Source of the DNA: an uncultured Acidobacteriota bacterium | GTDB taxonomy: Bacteria; Acidobacteriota; Thermoanaerobaculia; UBA5066; Gp7-AA6 | Assembly: GCA_963764715.1 (NCBI GenBank) | Contig: CAVXTP010000013.1 | Coordinates: 116,655-180,654, forward strand | Direction: 5' to 3' | Length of the DNA: 64,000 nt | Made by a program: the position numbers and the translations under genes | Shown: positions 1-9,392 of the stretch, piece by piece | Layout of the letters: each line of letters opens with the position of its first letter | How positions within the stretch are numbered: the first letter of the stretch is position 1 | The notes under the pieces: generated by a model | What the model was told of the DNA's origin: nothing | The model's database searches: none | The model's input: only the letters and a program-made list of their open reading frames with translations

Positions 1-23
1 GGCCGCGGTGCCAGGGAAAAGGG

Positions 24-2423
24 CTACGGCAGGCGGAACGTCTTCACGATAAACACGGCCATCTGACCCCGCGTATTCGCGTTGGCCGGGCAGTAGTTCC
101 CGCCGCCGCAGCCGCCCGTGATCCCCTCCGCGGCGAGCTGCTCGATCCATCCGGCGAAAGTCGAGGGACAGGGGACGTCGGCGAACGTGCCCGAGCAGTC
201 GGGAGGGACGTAGGACGCCCCGTGCTCCGCCTTGAGGAGGAAGACCGCCATCTGGTCCCGGCGCACCGGATTGGTGGGGCAGTAGTTCCCGCCGCCGCAG
301 CCGCCGGTGATGCCCTCGGCGGCCAGGCCCTCGATCCAGGCCGCAAACGTGGACGGGCACGGGACGTCGGGGAAGGTGCCGGCGCAGGGCGGCGGCACGT
401 AACAGAGCCCGTGGCGCGCCTTGAGGAGGAAAACCGCCATCTGCTGGCGCAGCGTCGGCTGGTCCACGCCGTAGAGGCCGCCGCCGACTCCGACGGTGAT
501 CGCATTGGACACCAGGGTCGTCACGTACGAGTGGAACTGGTGGATCTGGGGCACGTCGAGGAAGTCCGCGACCCAACCCTTGATCAGGGCGCCGGTGGTG
601 CCGTCCGGCGTCGTCGCGACGATGTCGTTGACGGTTCCGGGCGCGAGCGCCGGCGACGTCGTGTAGAGCTGGTGATCGTTCACGAAGGTGATCGGCACCG
701 CCGGGCCGCCGATCGCGATGGCGGTGGGGTTCGCGAAGTCGGTCCCGTTGATGGTCAGCGTCGTCCCGCCGGCCGCCGGTCCGGACGCCGGCGACATGGT
801 GAAGATGATCCGCTGCGAGAACTCCGACGTGTTGCCGGACGGGTCCGTGGCGGTCACCCCGATCCGGGCGCCGTTTTCCACGACCACGGGCAGGGTGACG
901 TCGAAATCGAAGTGCCCGGCGCCGTCGGTCGTGATCTGCGAGGAACCCAGGTAGGTCTCGCCCTCGTTGAAGTCCCTCGGGAAACGGGTGCACGCCGCGT
1001 TGGCGTAGAAGTCGAAGGTGTACTGCGTCGACGGGACGCTGTTGAACTTGCCGAGGACCTCCACGTCGGACGCGCCGTAGACGACCGACTGGACGATCGG
1101 GAAGTTCTGATAGTTGTTCGGGCTCACGTCCGCGTCGAGCGGATCGTTCGGCGTGGGGCCGTCGCCGTTCAGGTCGATGCCGAGCTGCTCGTTGTCGTGG
1201 ATCGAGTTTCCGCGGATCGTGACCTGGTTCGCCGAGGACTGGACGAGCACGCCGACGGGGACGCTGAAGAGCAGCACGCCGCTGTTGTAGGCGATGACGT
1301 TGCCCTGGCCGGGTCCGGTTCCTCCGATGACGACGCCGGTGACGTTGGCGGTCGAGATCCCCGTGACGTTCGGCAGCGGCAACGCACCGGTGACGTCGGT
1401 CCCGATCTTGTTTCCGTAGATCGTCGTGTTGGTGGCGAAGTTGTACACGTAGATGCCCATCTGCGTGTTGCCGGAGATGACGTTGCCCTCGCCGGCGCCC
1501 GCGCCGCCGATCTCCACGTCGCCGCCCCCCGAGTCGTTGATGCCGAGCGACTGGTGGCCGAGGGAGAACGTGCCGGTCACGTCCGTGCCGATGAGATTCC
1601 CCCGGATGATGATTCCGGACCCGCCGCTCATGCCGATTCCCCCGCCGAGGTTTCCCGAGATGACGTTCCCCGCGCCCGCGAAGCTTCCGCCGATCGCTGC
1701 GCTGTCGCACCCCGAGAGGCTGATCCCGGTCCCGTTGGGAATCGAGACCGTTCCGGTGACGTCGGTGCCGATCAGGTTGCCCTGGACGACGAGGCCCTGA
1801 GAGATCTCGCAACCGATTCCTCCGGCGTCGTTGCCCGAGATCAGGTTGCGGTCCGCGGCCGTCAGCCCGCCGATCGTGTTGTTGGGCGAGGTAATCAGCC
1901 GGATCCCCTGGCCGCCCGTGGACGCGTCGGCGGTGCCCGCCGCGTCGGTGCCGATGTAGCAGCCCTCGACGACGTTGCCGCCGGCGCTGGTGAAGAGAAT
2001 CGCCGTGGAGAAGCCGTTCAGCACCAGGGCTCGGAGCGTGCTGCTGCCGGCGGAGATCGAGAGCCCCGAGGTCTGGCTCCCGTGAACCTCGATCAGCGGT
2101 GCTCCCGCGTACCCCGGCTGCGTGGTCCCGTCGATCGTCACGGGCGAGGTGACCGTCGGCAGCGACGTGAGTGAGACGTTGATCGTCTGCACGCCCGCGC
2201 CGGGGATGTTGAACGCGATCGTGTCGGGCCCCGCGTTGGCGTTGGCGTCGAGGATCGCCTGGCGAAGCGACCCGGCGCCGCTGTCGGCGGTGTTCGTCAC
2301 GGTGTACGTCGCCGCCTGCACGCCCGTGCTGCCGAGCGCGAGGAACAGCGCGGCCAGGAACCCGGCCTGGTGGATGGCTCCGCGCGGGCCCCAGGGTCGA
2401 CCTCCGGTGGCTTGCGTGTCCAT
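24..2423 (-). CDS. Secreted right-handed beta-helix protein with IPT/TIG domain and C-terminal triple SLH (S-layer homology) repeats
   Basis: ATG at 2423 follows GGAGGG. Signal peptide, [20 protein letters not shown] start, repeated GNxIGTDVTG beta-helix units, IPT ([19 protein letters not shown]) and three GIT(G/V)GxGGGxY..RxQMAVF repeats. Confidence 0.85.
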   Translation of the reverse strand: MDTQATGGRPWGPRGAIHQAGFLAALFLALGSTGVQAATYTVTNTADSGAGSLRQAILDANANAGPDTIAFNIPGAGVQTINVSLTSLPTVTSPVTIDGTTQPGYAGAPLIEVHGSQTSGLSISAGSSTLRALVLNGFSTAILFTSAGGNVVEGCYIGTDAAGTADASTGGQGIRLITSPNNTIGGLTAADRNLISGNDAGGIGCEISQGLVVQGNLIGTDVTGTVSIPNGTGISLSGCDSAAIGGSFAGAGNVISGNLGGGIGMSGGSGIIIRGNLIGTDVTGTFSLGHQSLGINDSGGGDVEIGGAGAGEGNVISGNTQMGIYVYNFATNTTIYGNKIGTDVTGALPLPNVTGISTANVTGVVIGGTGPGQGNVIAYNSGVLLFSVPVGVLVQSSANQVTIRGNSIHDNEQLGIDLNGDGPTPNDPLDADVSPNNYQNFPIVQSVVYGASDVEVLGKFNSVPSTQYTFDFYANAACTRFPRDFNEGETYLGSSQITTDGAGHFDFDVTLPVVVENGARIGVTATDPSGNTSEFSQRIIFTMSPASGPAAGGTTLTINGTDFANPTAIAIGGPAVPITFVNDHQLYTTSPALAPGTVNDIVATTPDGTTGALIKGWVADFLDVPQIHQFHSYVTTLVSNAITVGVGGGLYGVDQPTLRQQMAVFLLKARHGLCYVPPPCAGTFPDVPCPSTFAAWIEGLAAEGITGGCGGGNYCPTNPVRRDQMAVFLLKAEHGASYVPPDCSGTFADVPCPSTFAGWIEQLAAEGITGGCGGGNYCPANANTRGQMAVFIVKTFRLP

Positions 2424-2590
2424 TTGTCCCTCCTGCCTCTTCCTCGATTTACGAAGGCGGGGGTCGCGGGTTCCGGACGGGGCCCCGGCCATCGTTCGGA
2501 CACGCGCAGGAGCCAGAAAGACAGGCTCAACGGGGGGGCGGGGGCGTGTTCCCGCTGTGATGTAATTCGCCCCAAAGGACTTCCGAGCCG

Positions 2591-3151
2591 ATGGCGGATC
2601 CGACCGAGCCGGACGTGACAGCCCTGCTCAAGGAGTGGAGCGGAGGGGATCGGAGAGCGCTCGAACGCCTGATGCCGCTCGTGTACGACGAGCTGCGCAA
2701 GCTCGCCGCCTCCTACCTGCGCGAGGAACGGCCGGACCACACCCTGCAGCCGACCGCGCTGGTCCACGAGGCCTACATCCGCCTGACGAACCAGCGGGAC
2801 GTCGTCTGGCAGAACCGGGCCCACTTCTTCGGCATCGCCGCCCAGATGATGCGGCGCATCCTGGTCGATCATGCCCGCAAGCGCCAGGCCGCCAAGCGGG
2901 ACGCCGCCGCCTGGCGCGTCGCGACCGACGTCGACGACGCGGCCGACCGGGCGCCGGAGCTGCTCGCCCTCGACCGGGCCCTCTCGAGCCTCGAGGAGAT
3001 GGACCCGCAGCAGGCGAAGGTCGTGGAGCTGCGCTTCTTCGGAGGACTCACGGTCGAGGAGACGGCGGAGGTCGCGGGGGTCTCGCCCGCCACCGTCAAG
3101 CGCGAGTGGCGCACGGCGAAGGCCTGGCTTCGCCGCGAGATCGGCGCCTAG
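2591..3151 (+). CDS. ECF sigma-70 factor, TIGR02999-like (kinase-associated)
   Basis: Hallmark motifs [64 protein letters not shown]. Confidence 0.92.
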   Translation: MADPTEPDVTALLKEWSGGDRRALERLMPLVYDELRKLAASYLREERPDHTLQPTALVHEAYIRLTNQRDVVWQNRAHFFGIAAQMMRRILVDHARKRQAAKRDAAAWRVATDVDDAADRAPELLALDRALSSLEEMDPQQAKVVELRFFGGLTVEETAEVAGVSPATVKREWRTAKAWLRREIGA

Positions 3152-3159
3152 CGTCGGTC

Positions 3160-5688
3160 ATGGCGAGCCGCGTGCCCCCGGAGGCGTGGCCGAGAGTCAA
3201 GGAGATCCTGGACGCGGCCCTGGACGTCCCGACCGGGGAGCGGGGCGCCTTCATCGCCTCCCGCTGCGCGGGGGACGAGGCCCTGCGCCGCGAGGTCGAG
3301 TCGCTGGCCTCCGTCTCGGAATCGGGCTGGAGCTTCATCGAAAGCCCCGCGGGCGGCCGCGTCGCCGCGCTCTTCGAGGATTGGGTGCCGCCGTCGCGGG
3401 TCGGGGAGCGCATCGGCGCCTACCAGGTCCTCTCCGAGCTCGGCCACGGCGGCATGGGGATGGTCTATCTCGCCCGACGCGCGGACGACGAGTTCCAGAA
3501 GACGGTCGCGATCAAGCTCATCCGGCCCGGCATGGCGAGCGACTTCGCGCTGCAGCGCTTCCGGAGCGAGCGGCAGATCTCGGCCTCCCTCGAGCACCCC
3601 AACATCGCGCGGCTCCTCGACGGCGGCGCCACTCCGGGCGGCGAGCCGTACTTCGTCCTCGAATACATCGAAGGGGAGCCGCTGATCGAATACTGCGACC
3701 GGCGCCGGCTGACCGTCGCGGACCGCCTGCGGCTCTTCGACGACGTGTGCGCCGCGGTCCAGTACGCGCACCAGAACCTCGTCGTCCACCGCGACATCAA
3801 GCCCAGCAACATCCTGGTGACCTCGGAGGGCGTGCCGAAGCTCATGGACTTCGGGATCGCCAAGCTCCTCCAGCCCGACGGCGCGCCCGCGGCCGACGGG
3901 GAGACGGGCACGTTCCTCCGGATGATGACCCCCGACTATGCGAGTCCCGAGCAGATCCGGGGCGAGCGCATCACGACCTCGAGCGACGTCTACGCGCTCG
4001 GGGTCGTACTCTACGAGCTGCTCGTGGGCCGCAAGCCCTACCACGTGACGGGGCCGGAGCCGGCGGAGCTGCTTCGCGTCGTCTGCGAGCGCGACCCGGA
4101 GAAGCCGAGCGTCGCCTCGGGGTCCCGGGAGCTGCGGGGCGACCTCGACGCCATCGTCCTCAAGGCGATGCGCAAGGAGCCGGAGCACCGGTACGCCTCC
4201 GTCGGCGAGCTCGCCGCCGACCTTCGCCGCTACCGGACCGGCGCACCGGTGCTGGCGCGCCGCGGCACCTTCTCCTACCGCGCGGCCAAGTTCGCGCGCC
4301 GCCACCGCGTCGCGCTGGCCGGAGTCGCCCTGCTCGCGCTCGTCCTGGCGGGGGGCGTCCTGGCGACGCTGCGCGAGGCCCGCCGCGCCCGGGCGGCCGA
4401 GGCGCGCGCGCAGCGCCGGTTCGACGATGTGCGCCGTCTCGCGAGCTCGTTCCTCTTCGAGTTCCACGACGCGATCCGGGACCTGCCCGGCTCGACCCCG
4501 GCGCGCGCCCTCATCGTGAAGCGGGCGCTCGAGTACCTCGACGACCTCGCGCGCGAGTCGGCCGGCGACCGCGCGCTGCGGCGCGAGCTCGCGGGGGCGT
4601 ATCTCAAGGTCGGCGACGTGCAGGGCAACGCCTTCATGGCGAACCTCGGAGACGTCCCGGGCGCCTTGCAGAGCTACGGCAAGGCGATCGCGCTGCTCGA
4701 GCCCGTCGTGGCCGCGGGCGGCGCCACGGACGCCGAGCAGGCGACCCTCGCGACCGCGTATCTGACCGGGGGCGGCATCCGGCTCGTGGCGGGCGACGCA
4801 CGCGAAGCCGTGGCGATGGCGGAAAAGGGGCTGCCGCTGCGGAAGGGCCTCGCCGCTCGCCATCCCGGAGATCCCGCGGCCGCCCGGGACCTCGCGCAGG
4901 CCTGGCAGTTCTACGGCTTCTACCTGACGGCGGCCGAGCGCCCGGACGAGGCCTTCGAGGCCCTGGGGAAGCAGGCGGAGATCCTGCGGGCGCGCCTCGC
5001 GGCCGCTCCGAAGGACCGCGCGGCGCGGCGCAGTCTCGGCCAGAATCTCTACCTCACGGGCGAGGCCCTGCGGAGCCGCGGCGACGCCGAGGGCGCGCTC
5101 AAGGCGTTCGACGAGGCGGTCGTTCTCGGAGAGGGCCTCCGGAAGGAAGACCCGTCGAGCATCCAGCTCCAGCGGGACCTCGCGTACACGTACACCGCGG
5201 TCGGAGGCTTCTACGAGGCGCGGAGCGATCACCCGGCCGCCCTCGAGAACTTCCAGAAGGCGCTCGGCCTCTTCGAGTCCATGGCCGCGGCGGACGCGAA
5301 GAGCGTGGACGGCCGGCTCGGAGTGGCCATGACGCGGCACAACATCGGTCTCCAGCGGGCCGGTCTTCACGATGCGTCCGGGGCCCTGAAGGAGTACGAG
5401 GAGGCCCGCCGTCTCTACGAGCCGATGGTCGCGGCCGATCCGAGCAACGCCTGGGTCGAGGGGTCGCTTGCCGACCTCTACCTCGCCATCGGGAAGGCGC
5501 TCGAGGAGCTCGGCCGGGACCCGGGCGACGAGCCGTGCGCCCTCTTTCTGAGGTCGAACGGGATCTACGAACGGCTGCGCGCCGCCGGCCGGCTCAGCTC
5601 TCTGAGCGCCGAGGGATCCGCGGAGGCGGCCGCCGCGGCCAGGCGCTGCCGGGGAAGCGCGGCGCAATCCTCTTTGCCGGGACGCTGA
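3160..5688 (+). CDS. Membrane-anchored Ser/Thr protein kinase with C-terminal TPR-like region
   Basis: GHGGMGMVY, VAIK, HRDIKPSN, DFG and YASPEQ motifs; TM helix VALAGVALLALVLAGGVLA; helical repeats. ATG lies 8 nt after the sigma stop. Confidence 0.92.
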   Translation: MASRVPPEAWPRVKEILDAALDVPTGERGAFIASRCAGDEALRREVESLASVSESGWSFIESPAGGRVAALFEDWVPPSRVGERIGAYQVLSELGHGGMGMVYLARRADDEFQKTVAIKLIRPGMASDFALQRFRSERQISASLEHPNIARLLDGGATPGGEPYFVLEYIEGEPLIEYCDRRRLTVADRLRLFDDVCAAVQYAHQNLVVHRDIKPSNILVTSEGVPKLMDFGIAKLLQPDGAPAADGETGTFLRMMTPDYASPEQIRGERITTSSDVYALGVVLYELLVGRKPYHVTGPEPAELLRVVCERDPEKPSVASGSRELRGDLDAIVLKAMRKEPEHRYASVGELAADLRRYRTGAPVLARRGTFSYRAAKFARRHRVALAGVALLALVLAGGVLATLREARRARAAEARAQRRFDDVRRLASSFLFEFHDAIRDLPGSTPARALIVKRALEYLDDLARESAGDRALRRELAGAYLKVGDVQGNAFMANLGDVPGALQSYGKAIALLEPVVAAGGATDAEQATLATAYLTGGGIRLVAGDAREAVAMAEKGLPLRKGLAARHPGDPAAARDLAQAWQFYGFYLTAAERPDEAFEALGKQAEILRARLAAAPKDRAARRSLGQNLYLTGEALRSRGDAEGALKAFDEAVVLGEGLRKEDPSSIQLQRDLAYTYTAVGGFYEARSDHPAALENFQKALGLFESMAAADAKSVDGRLGVAMTRHNIGLQRAGLHDASGALKEYEEARRLYEPMVAADPSNAWVEGSLADLYLAIGKALEELGRDPGDEPCALFLRSNGIYERLRAAGRLSSLSAEGSAEAAAAARRCRGSAAQSSLPGR

Positions 5689-5729
5689 CCGCACCCCGCC
5701 GGTATGATCCGGCCGCTCGAGGAGGCCCC

Positions 5730-6227
5730 ATGAAGTGTCTCGGCGGTCCCGGAGTCTGGCTCGTCGCAGCGGCTCTGTCCGCGCAGTCGGCCGACGGCGT
5801 CTTCGCGCAGGGCGCGGTCGGGGCGGTGCTGGACGCCTGGCACGGGGCGGCCGCGGCCGCCGACGAGGAGAAGTACTTCTCGTACTTCACGCCGGACGCC
5901 GTCTTCCTCGGCACCGACGCGACGGAGCGCTGGACGCGGGACGAATTCCGGAAATGGGCGCATCCCTACTTCGCGAAGGGAAAGGCCTGGAATTTCCGGA
6001 CCGTCGAGCGGTGGATCTCCTTTTCCCCCGACCGGAGCGTGGCCTGGTTCGACGAGAGGCTCGACACGCCCAACATGGGGCCCTGCCGCGGCTCCGGGGT
6101 CCTCGTGCGCGTGGGCGACGGATGGAAGATCGCGCAGTACAACCTGTCGATCCCGATTCCCAACGACCTCGCCGACGGCATCGTGAAGCAGATCGCCGCG
6201 GAGGCGGGCTCGAAGAAAGGCCGATGA
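5730..6227 (+). CDS. SnoaL/NTF2-like family protein
   Basis: GGAGG RBS before ATG 5730; LDAWHGAAAAADEEKYF, FLGTDATERW, AWFDERL, RGSGVL, WKIAQYNLS. Confidence 0.8.
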   Translation: MKCLGGPGVWLVAAALSAQSADGVFAQGAVGAVLDAWHGAAAAADEEKYFSYFTPDAVFLGTDATERWTRDEFRKWAHPYFAKGKAWNFRTVERWISFSPDRSVAWFDERLDTPNMGPCRGSGVLVRVGDGWKIAQYNLSIPIPNDLADGIVKQIAAEAGSKKGR

Positions 6228-7963
6228 CGATGCGACGCCGAATGGTCCGGGTCATGCTCGCCGCGCTCGGGGCCGCCGTCGTGGCGGCCGCCTCGCCGGC
6301 GCCCCCTCCCGCGGACCTCGTGATCCGGGGCGGCGCCGTCTACACCGTCGACGACGCCCGGAGCTGGGCCGAGGCCGTGGCGGTCTCGGGCGGGAAGATC
6401 GTCTTCGTCGGCACCGACGCCGGGGCGAAGGGGTGGATCGGGCCGAAGACGCGGGTCCTCGATGCCTCCGGAAAGATGGTCCTTCCCGCCTTCCACGACT
6501 CCCACGTCCACCCCGTGTCGGGAGGCGTCGAGGCGCTCGAGTGCGATCTGAACGGCGCGCCGACGCCGGCCGCGGTCCTCGAGAAGGTCAAGGCCTACGC
6601 GGCCGCGCACCCGTCGTTGCCGTGGATCCGCGGGGGAGGCTGGGAGCTGACGCTCTTTCCCGACGGCAACCCGTCCAGGTCGCTCCTCGACGCGATCGTG
6701 CCCGATCGGCCCGTTTACCTGTCGGCGACCGACGGCCATTCGGTCTGGGTCAACTCGAGAGCGCTCGAGCTCGCGGGCGTCACGAAGGCGACGGCGGATC
6801 CGCCCTACGGCCGGATCGAACGGGACCCGGCGACGGGCGAGCCGACCGGGACGCTCCGCGAGGACGCCGCCGACCTGGTTTCGAAGCTCTTCCCGAAGCG
6901 CACCGCGAAGGAATACGCCGACGGGCTCCGGGAGGGCCTGCGGATCGCGAACCGGTTCGGGCTGACGTCCCTCGTCGAAGCGAGCGCGTCGGAGGAGGAC
7001 CTCGAGGCGTACCGGACCCTCGAGTCCCGCGGCGAGCTCTCGGCGCGCGTCGTGGCGTCGCTCCACTGCGACACGGACCGGGGCCTTGCGGAGGTGCCGC
7101 GCCTCGTCGCCCTGCGCAAGAAGTACGCCGGCCGGCGGCTGCGGACGAACGCGGTCAAGATCTTCGCCGACGGCGTCCTCGAGACGCGCACGGCTGCCGT
7201 CCTCGAGCCCTACCTCGGGTTCCCGGGCGACCGCGGCAAGGCGAACCTCGAGCCGGCGGCGTTTGACGCGCTGGCGACGGCCCTCGACCGCGAAGGTTTC
7301 CAGATCCACGTCCACGCCATCGGCGACCGCGCGGTCCGGATGTCGCTCGACGCCGTCGAGGCCGCGCGCCGCGCCAACGGGGCCCGGGACGCGCGGCACC
7401 ACCTCGCGCACATCGAGCTCATCGACCCGGCGGACGTCCCGCGCTTCCGGCGTCTCGGCGTCATCGCGAACTTCCAGCCCTTCTGGGCCAACGGCGACAA
7501 GTACCTGACCGAGCTCACCGAGCCGAAGCTCGGGCCGGAGCGGTCGCGCTGGCTCTACCCGATCCAGAGCGTCGTCGCCTCCGGCGCGGTCGTCGCGTTC
7601 GGCAGCGACTGGAGCGTTTCCTCGATGAACCCCCTCGACGGGATCGAGGTCGCGGTGACGCACCTCCAGCCGGCCGAGGGGCCGGGCCCGGCCTGGCTCC
7701 CCGAGGAGCGGATCGGGCTCCCCGACGCGATCGCGGGCTACACGATCCGCGCCGCGTACCTCGACTTCTCCGAGAAGGAGACCGGCTCGATCGAGGCCGG
7801 CAAGGCGGCCGATCTCATCGTCCTCGACCGCAACCTCTTCGAGATCCCGCCCTCCCAGATCCACGAGGCAAAAGTCCTGCTGACCCTCCTCGACGGCCGA
7901 GAGGTTTACCGGGGGTCAGGTCTTCAAATTTCGGTTTCTAGACTGCAATCATCCGAAAAATGA
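6224..7963 (+). CDS. Amidohydrolase family 3 (YtcJ-like), probably exported
   Basis: ATGA overlap with the previous gene; PAFHDSHVH, KIFADG, HVHAIGDRA, HIEL, FGSDW, GSIEAGKAADL. Confidence 0.9.
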   Translation: MTMRRRMVRVMLAALGAAVVAAASPAPPPADLVIRGGAVYTVDDARSWAEAVAVSGGKIVFVGTDAGAKGWIGPKTRVLDASGKMVLPAFHDSHVHPVSGGVEALECDLNGAPTPAAVLEKVKAYAAAHPSLPWIRGGGWELTLFPDGNPSRSLLDAIVPDRPVYLSATDGHSVWVNSRALELAGVTKATADPPYGRIERDPATGEPTGTLREDAADLVSKLFPKRTAKEYADGLREGLRIANRFGLTSLVEASASEEDLEAYRTLESRGELSARVVASLHCDTDRGLAEVPRLVALRKKYAGRRLRTNAVKIFADGVLETRTAAVLEPYLGFPGDRGKANLEPAAFDALATALDREGFQIHVHAIGDRAVRMSLDAVEAARRANGARDARHHLAHIELIDPADVPRFRRLGVIANFQPFWANGDKYLTELTEPKLGPERSRWLYPIQSVVASGAVVAFGSDWSVSSMNPLDGIEVAVTHLQPAEGPGPAWLPEERIGLPDAIAGYTIRAAYLDFSEKETGSIEAGKAADLIVLDRNLFEIPPSQIHEAKVLLTLLDGREVYRGSGLQISVSRLQSSEK

Positions 7964-7975
7964 AGACCTGACCCC
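7912..7975. repeat. REP/REPIN-like inverted repeat (GGGGTCAGGTCTTCA...TGAAGACCTGACCCC) between convergent genes
   Basis: Perfect 15-bp arms at 7912-7926 and 7961-7975, extra TTTCGG/CCGAAA pairing, AT-rich interior. It supplies the last codons and stop of the amidohydrolase. Confidence 0.75.
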
Positions 7976-7979
7976 GGTC

Positions 7980-8495
7980 TCATTTGACCCGGGTGTAGGT
8001 GAAGGTGCCGACGTGGTCCTGGCCCTTCGCACGGGAGGTCCAGGCCTGGGAGAAGTGGTCGGCGTCCTGAAACGTGACGACGAGGCCCCGCATGAGCTCG
8101 CCGTCGGGGTCCTTCACGTTGGTCGCGTCGAGGAAGGAGAAGGCGAGCGTCCGGCCGCCGTCGCCGAGGGCCGTCGCGGCCATCCGCGGCTGGTTGCCCA
8201 TGGCGCAATAGTGGGTCGCCATGATGCGCGCGCCGTCGGGGTGGTAGATCGTGACCATGCTCATGTCGTGCCCGCTGTCGAGCGTCTCCATGAGGCTCGT
8301 GCCGTTGGAGACGAGCTTGTAGGAGACGCGCACGTCGCCACCCCCTCCGGCGTCGGCCCCGGAGTAGGTGCCCTTCCAGTCGCCGACGAGCGTCTGGAGC
8401 TTCGTCCAGGCGGGGTTCGGCGCGTCCGCGGCCGGAAGGGTCGCCGCGAGCGCCAGGAATGCGAAAGTGGCCGCGATCGATCTGTTCTGCTTCAT
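7980..8495 (-). CDS. Secreted conserved hypothetical protein (beta-barrel-like, THYCAMGNQPRM motif)
   Basis: ATG 8495 overlaps the SRPBCC stop and follows GGAGGAGGG; signal peptide MKQNRSIAATFAFLALAA. Confidence 0.75.
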   Translation of the reverse strand: MKQNRSIAATFAFLALAATLPAADAPNPAWTKLQTLVGDWKGTYSGADAGGGGDVRVSYKLVSNGTSLMETLDSGHDMSMVTIYHPDGARIMATHYCAMGNQPRMAATALGDGGRTLAFSFLDATNVKDPDGELMRGLVVTFQDADHFSQAWTSRAKGQDHVGTFTYTRVK

Positions 8496-8971
8496 CACCG
8501 TCCCTCCTCCACCAGGCCGCCCAGACGATCCAGGCAGCCGATCCATCCTGCCGCATGGTCCGCGCGCGCTCGCTCGGTCGCGAGGCGCTCGTGCGTCACG
8601 ACGACCTCGGTTTCGGCGCCGCGCTCCAGGAACTCCACGGTCACGAGCGTGTCCCGCCCGACCTTGTCGCCGAGGCTCGGGTCGTTGTCCCAGCTCCACG
8701 TGTAGACGAGCTTCGAGGGCGATGCGACCTCGAGGTAGCGGCCCTCGATGCGCCAGGCCTTGCCGCGTTCGCGGCCCTCGAGCAGGTAGCGGCCGCCCGT
8801 CCGCAGGTCGAGCTCGCGGACCTGCATCTCGCCGCCCGGCTCGATGAACCAGCGCATCAGGAGCTCCGGGTCCGTCCACGCCCGGTAGACCCGTTGGCGC
8901 GAGGCTTTGATCGTGCGCGAGACGCGGACCGCCGGCGGCGCGTCGCTCGCCCGGGGCGTCGGCTCAACCAT
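8495..8971 (-). CDS. SRPBCC/AHSA1 (START-like) domain protein
   Basis: RVYRAWTDPELLMRWF, DLRTGGRY, TLVTVEF, HAAGWIGCLDRL; strong RBS. Confidence 0.88.
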   Translation of the reverse strand: MVEPTPRASDAPPAVRVSRTIKASRQRVYRAWTDPELLMRWFIEPGGEMQVRELDLRTGGRYLLEGRERGKAWRIEGRYLEVASPSKLVYTWSWDNDPSLGDKVGRDTLVTVEFLERGAETEVVVTHERLATERARADHAAGWIGCLDRLGGLVEEGR

Positions 8972-9336
8972 GACTCATCCTCCTCCTTCTCGTCCTTTGC
9001 GGGGGACTCCTCGAGGTAACGCTTCAGGGCGTCGAGGCGCTCCTGCCAGAAGGCCTCGTAGTGCGCGATCCAGTCGGCGGCCGTGCGCATGGGCCCCGGC
9101 ACAAACCGGCAGTGGTGGACGCGTCCCTCGCGCCGGCGAGCGAGCAGGCCCGCGTCCTCGAGCACCCGAAGGTGCTTCGAGATCGCGGGCGGCGACATCG
9201 CGAAGGGCCGCGCCAGCTCGCCGACCGAGGCGTCCGGCGTTTCCGCCAGCCGGGACAGGATCGCGCGGCGCGTGGGGTCGGCGAGGGCGCCGAAGGTCGC
9301 GTCGAGCGCCGAGGCGGCGGCCGAATGGTTAACCAT
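8857..9336 (-). CDS. ArsR/SmtB family transcriptional regulator
   Basis: LDATFGALADPTRRAIL, SPPAISKHLRVLEDAGL, GRVHHCR. The C-terminal tail overlaps SRPBCC by 115 nt. Confidence 0.9.
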   Translation of the reverse strand: MVNHSAAASALDATFGALADPTRRAILSRLAETPDASVGELARPFAMSPPAISKHLRVLEDAGLLARRREGRVHHCRFVPGPMRTAADWIAHYEAFWQERLDALKRYLEESPAKDEKEEDESWLSRRPGRATRRRRSASRARSKPRANGSTGRGRTRSS

Positions 9337-9372
9337 ATGGTTAACTATATCGCCGTGGCACCGAGCTGTCAA
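9325..9372 (-). promoter_or_regulatory. Sigma70 promoter with palindromic operator over the ArsR start codon
   Basis: Minus strand TTGACA(9372-9367)-N17-TATAGT(9349-9344)-N7-ATG; perfect 18-bp palindrome GTTAACCATATGGTTAAC at 9328-9345. Confidence 0.85.
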
Positions 9373-9392
9373 CGGTGCGACGCGTTTTTTCG

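Noticed and set aside
2635-7963. Long N-terminal extensions of the kinase, SnoaL and amidohydrolase ORFs (likewise 22740-27242, 34940-39439, 44142-46841, 49549-53292)
   Set aside because: They overlap upstream real genes; internal starts with an RBS or stop/start coupling fit better.
8857-8971. Functional C-terminal extension of ArsR overlapping SRPBCC
   Set aside because: It is low-complexity Arg-rich read-on in an alternate frame of SRPBCC, probably from loss of a stop codon.
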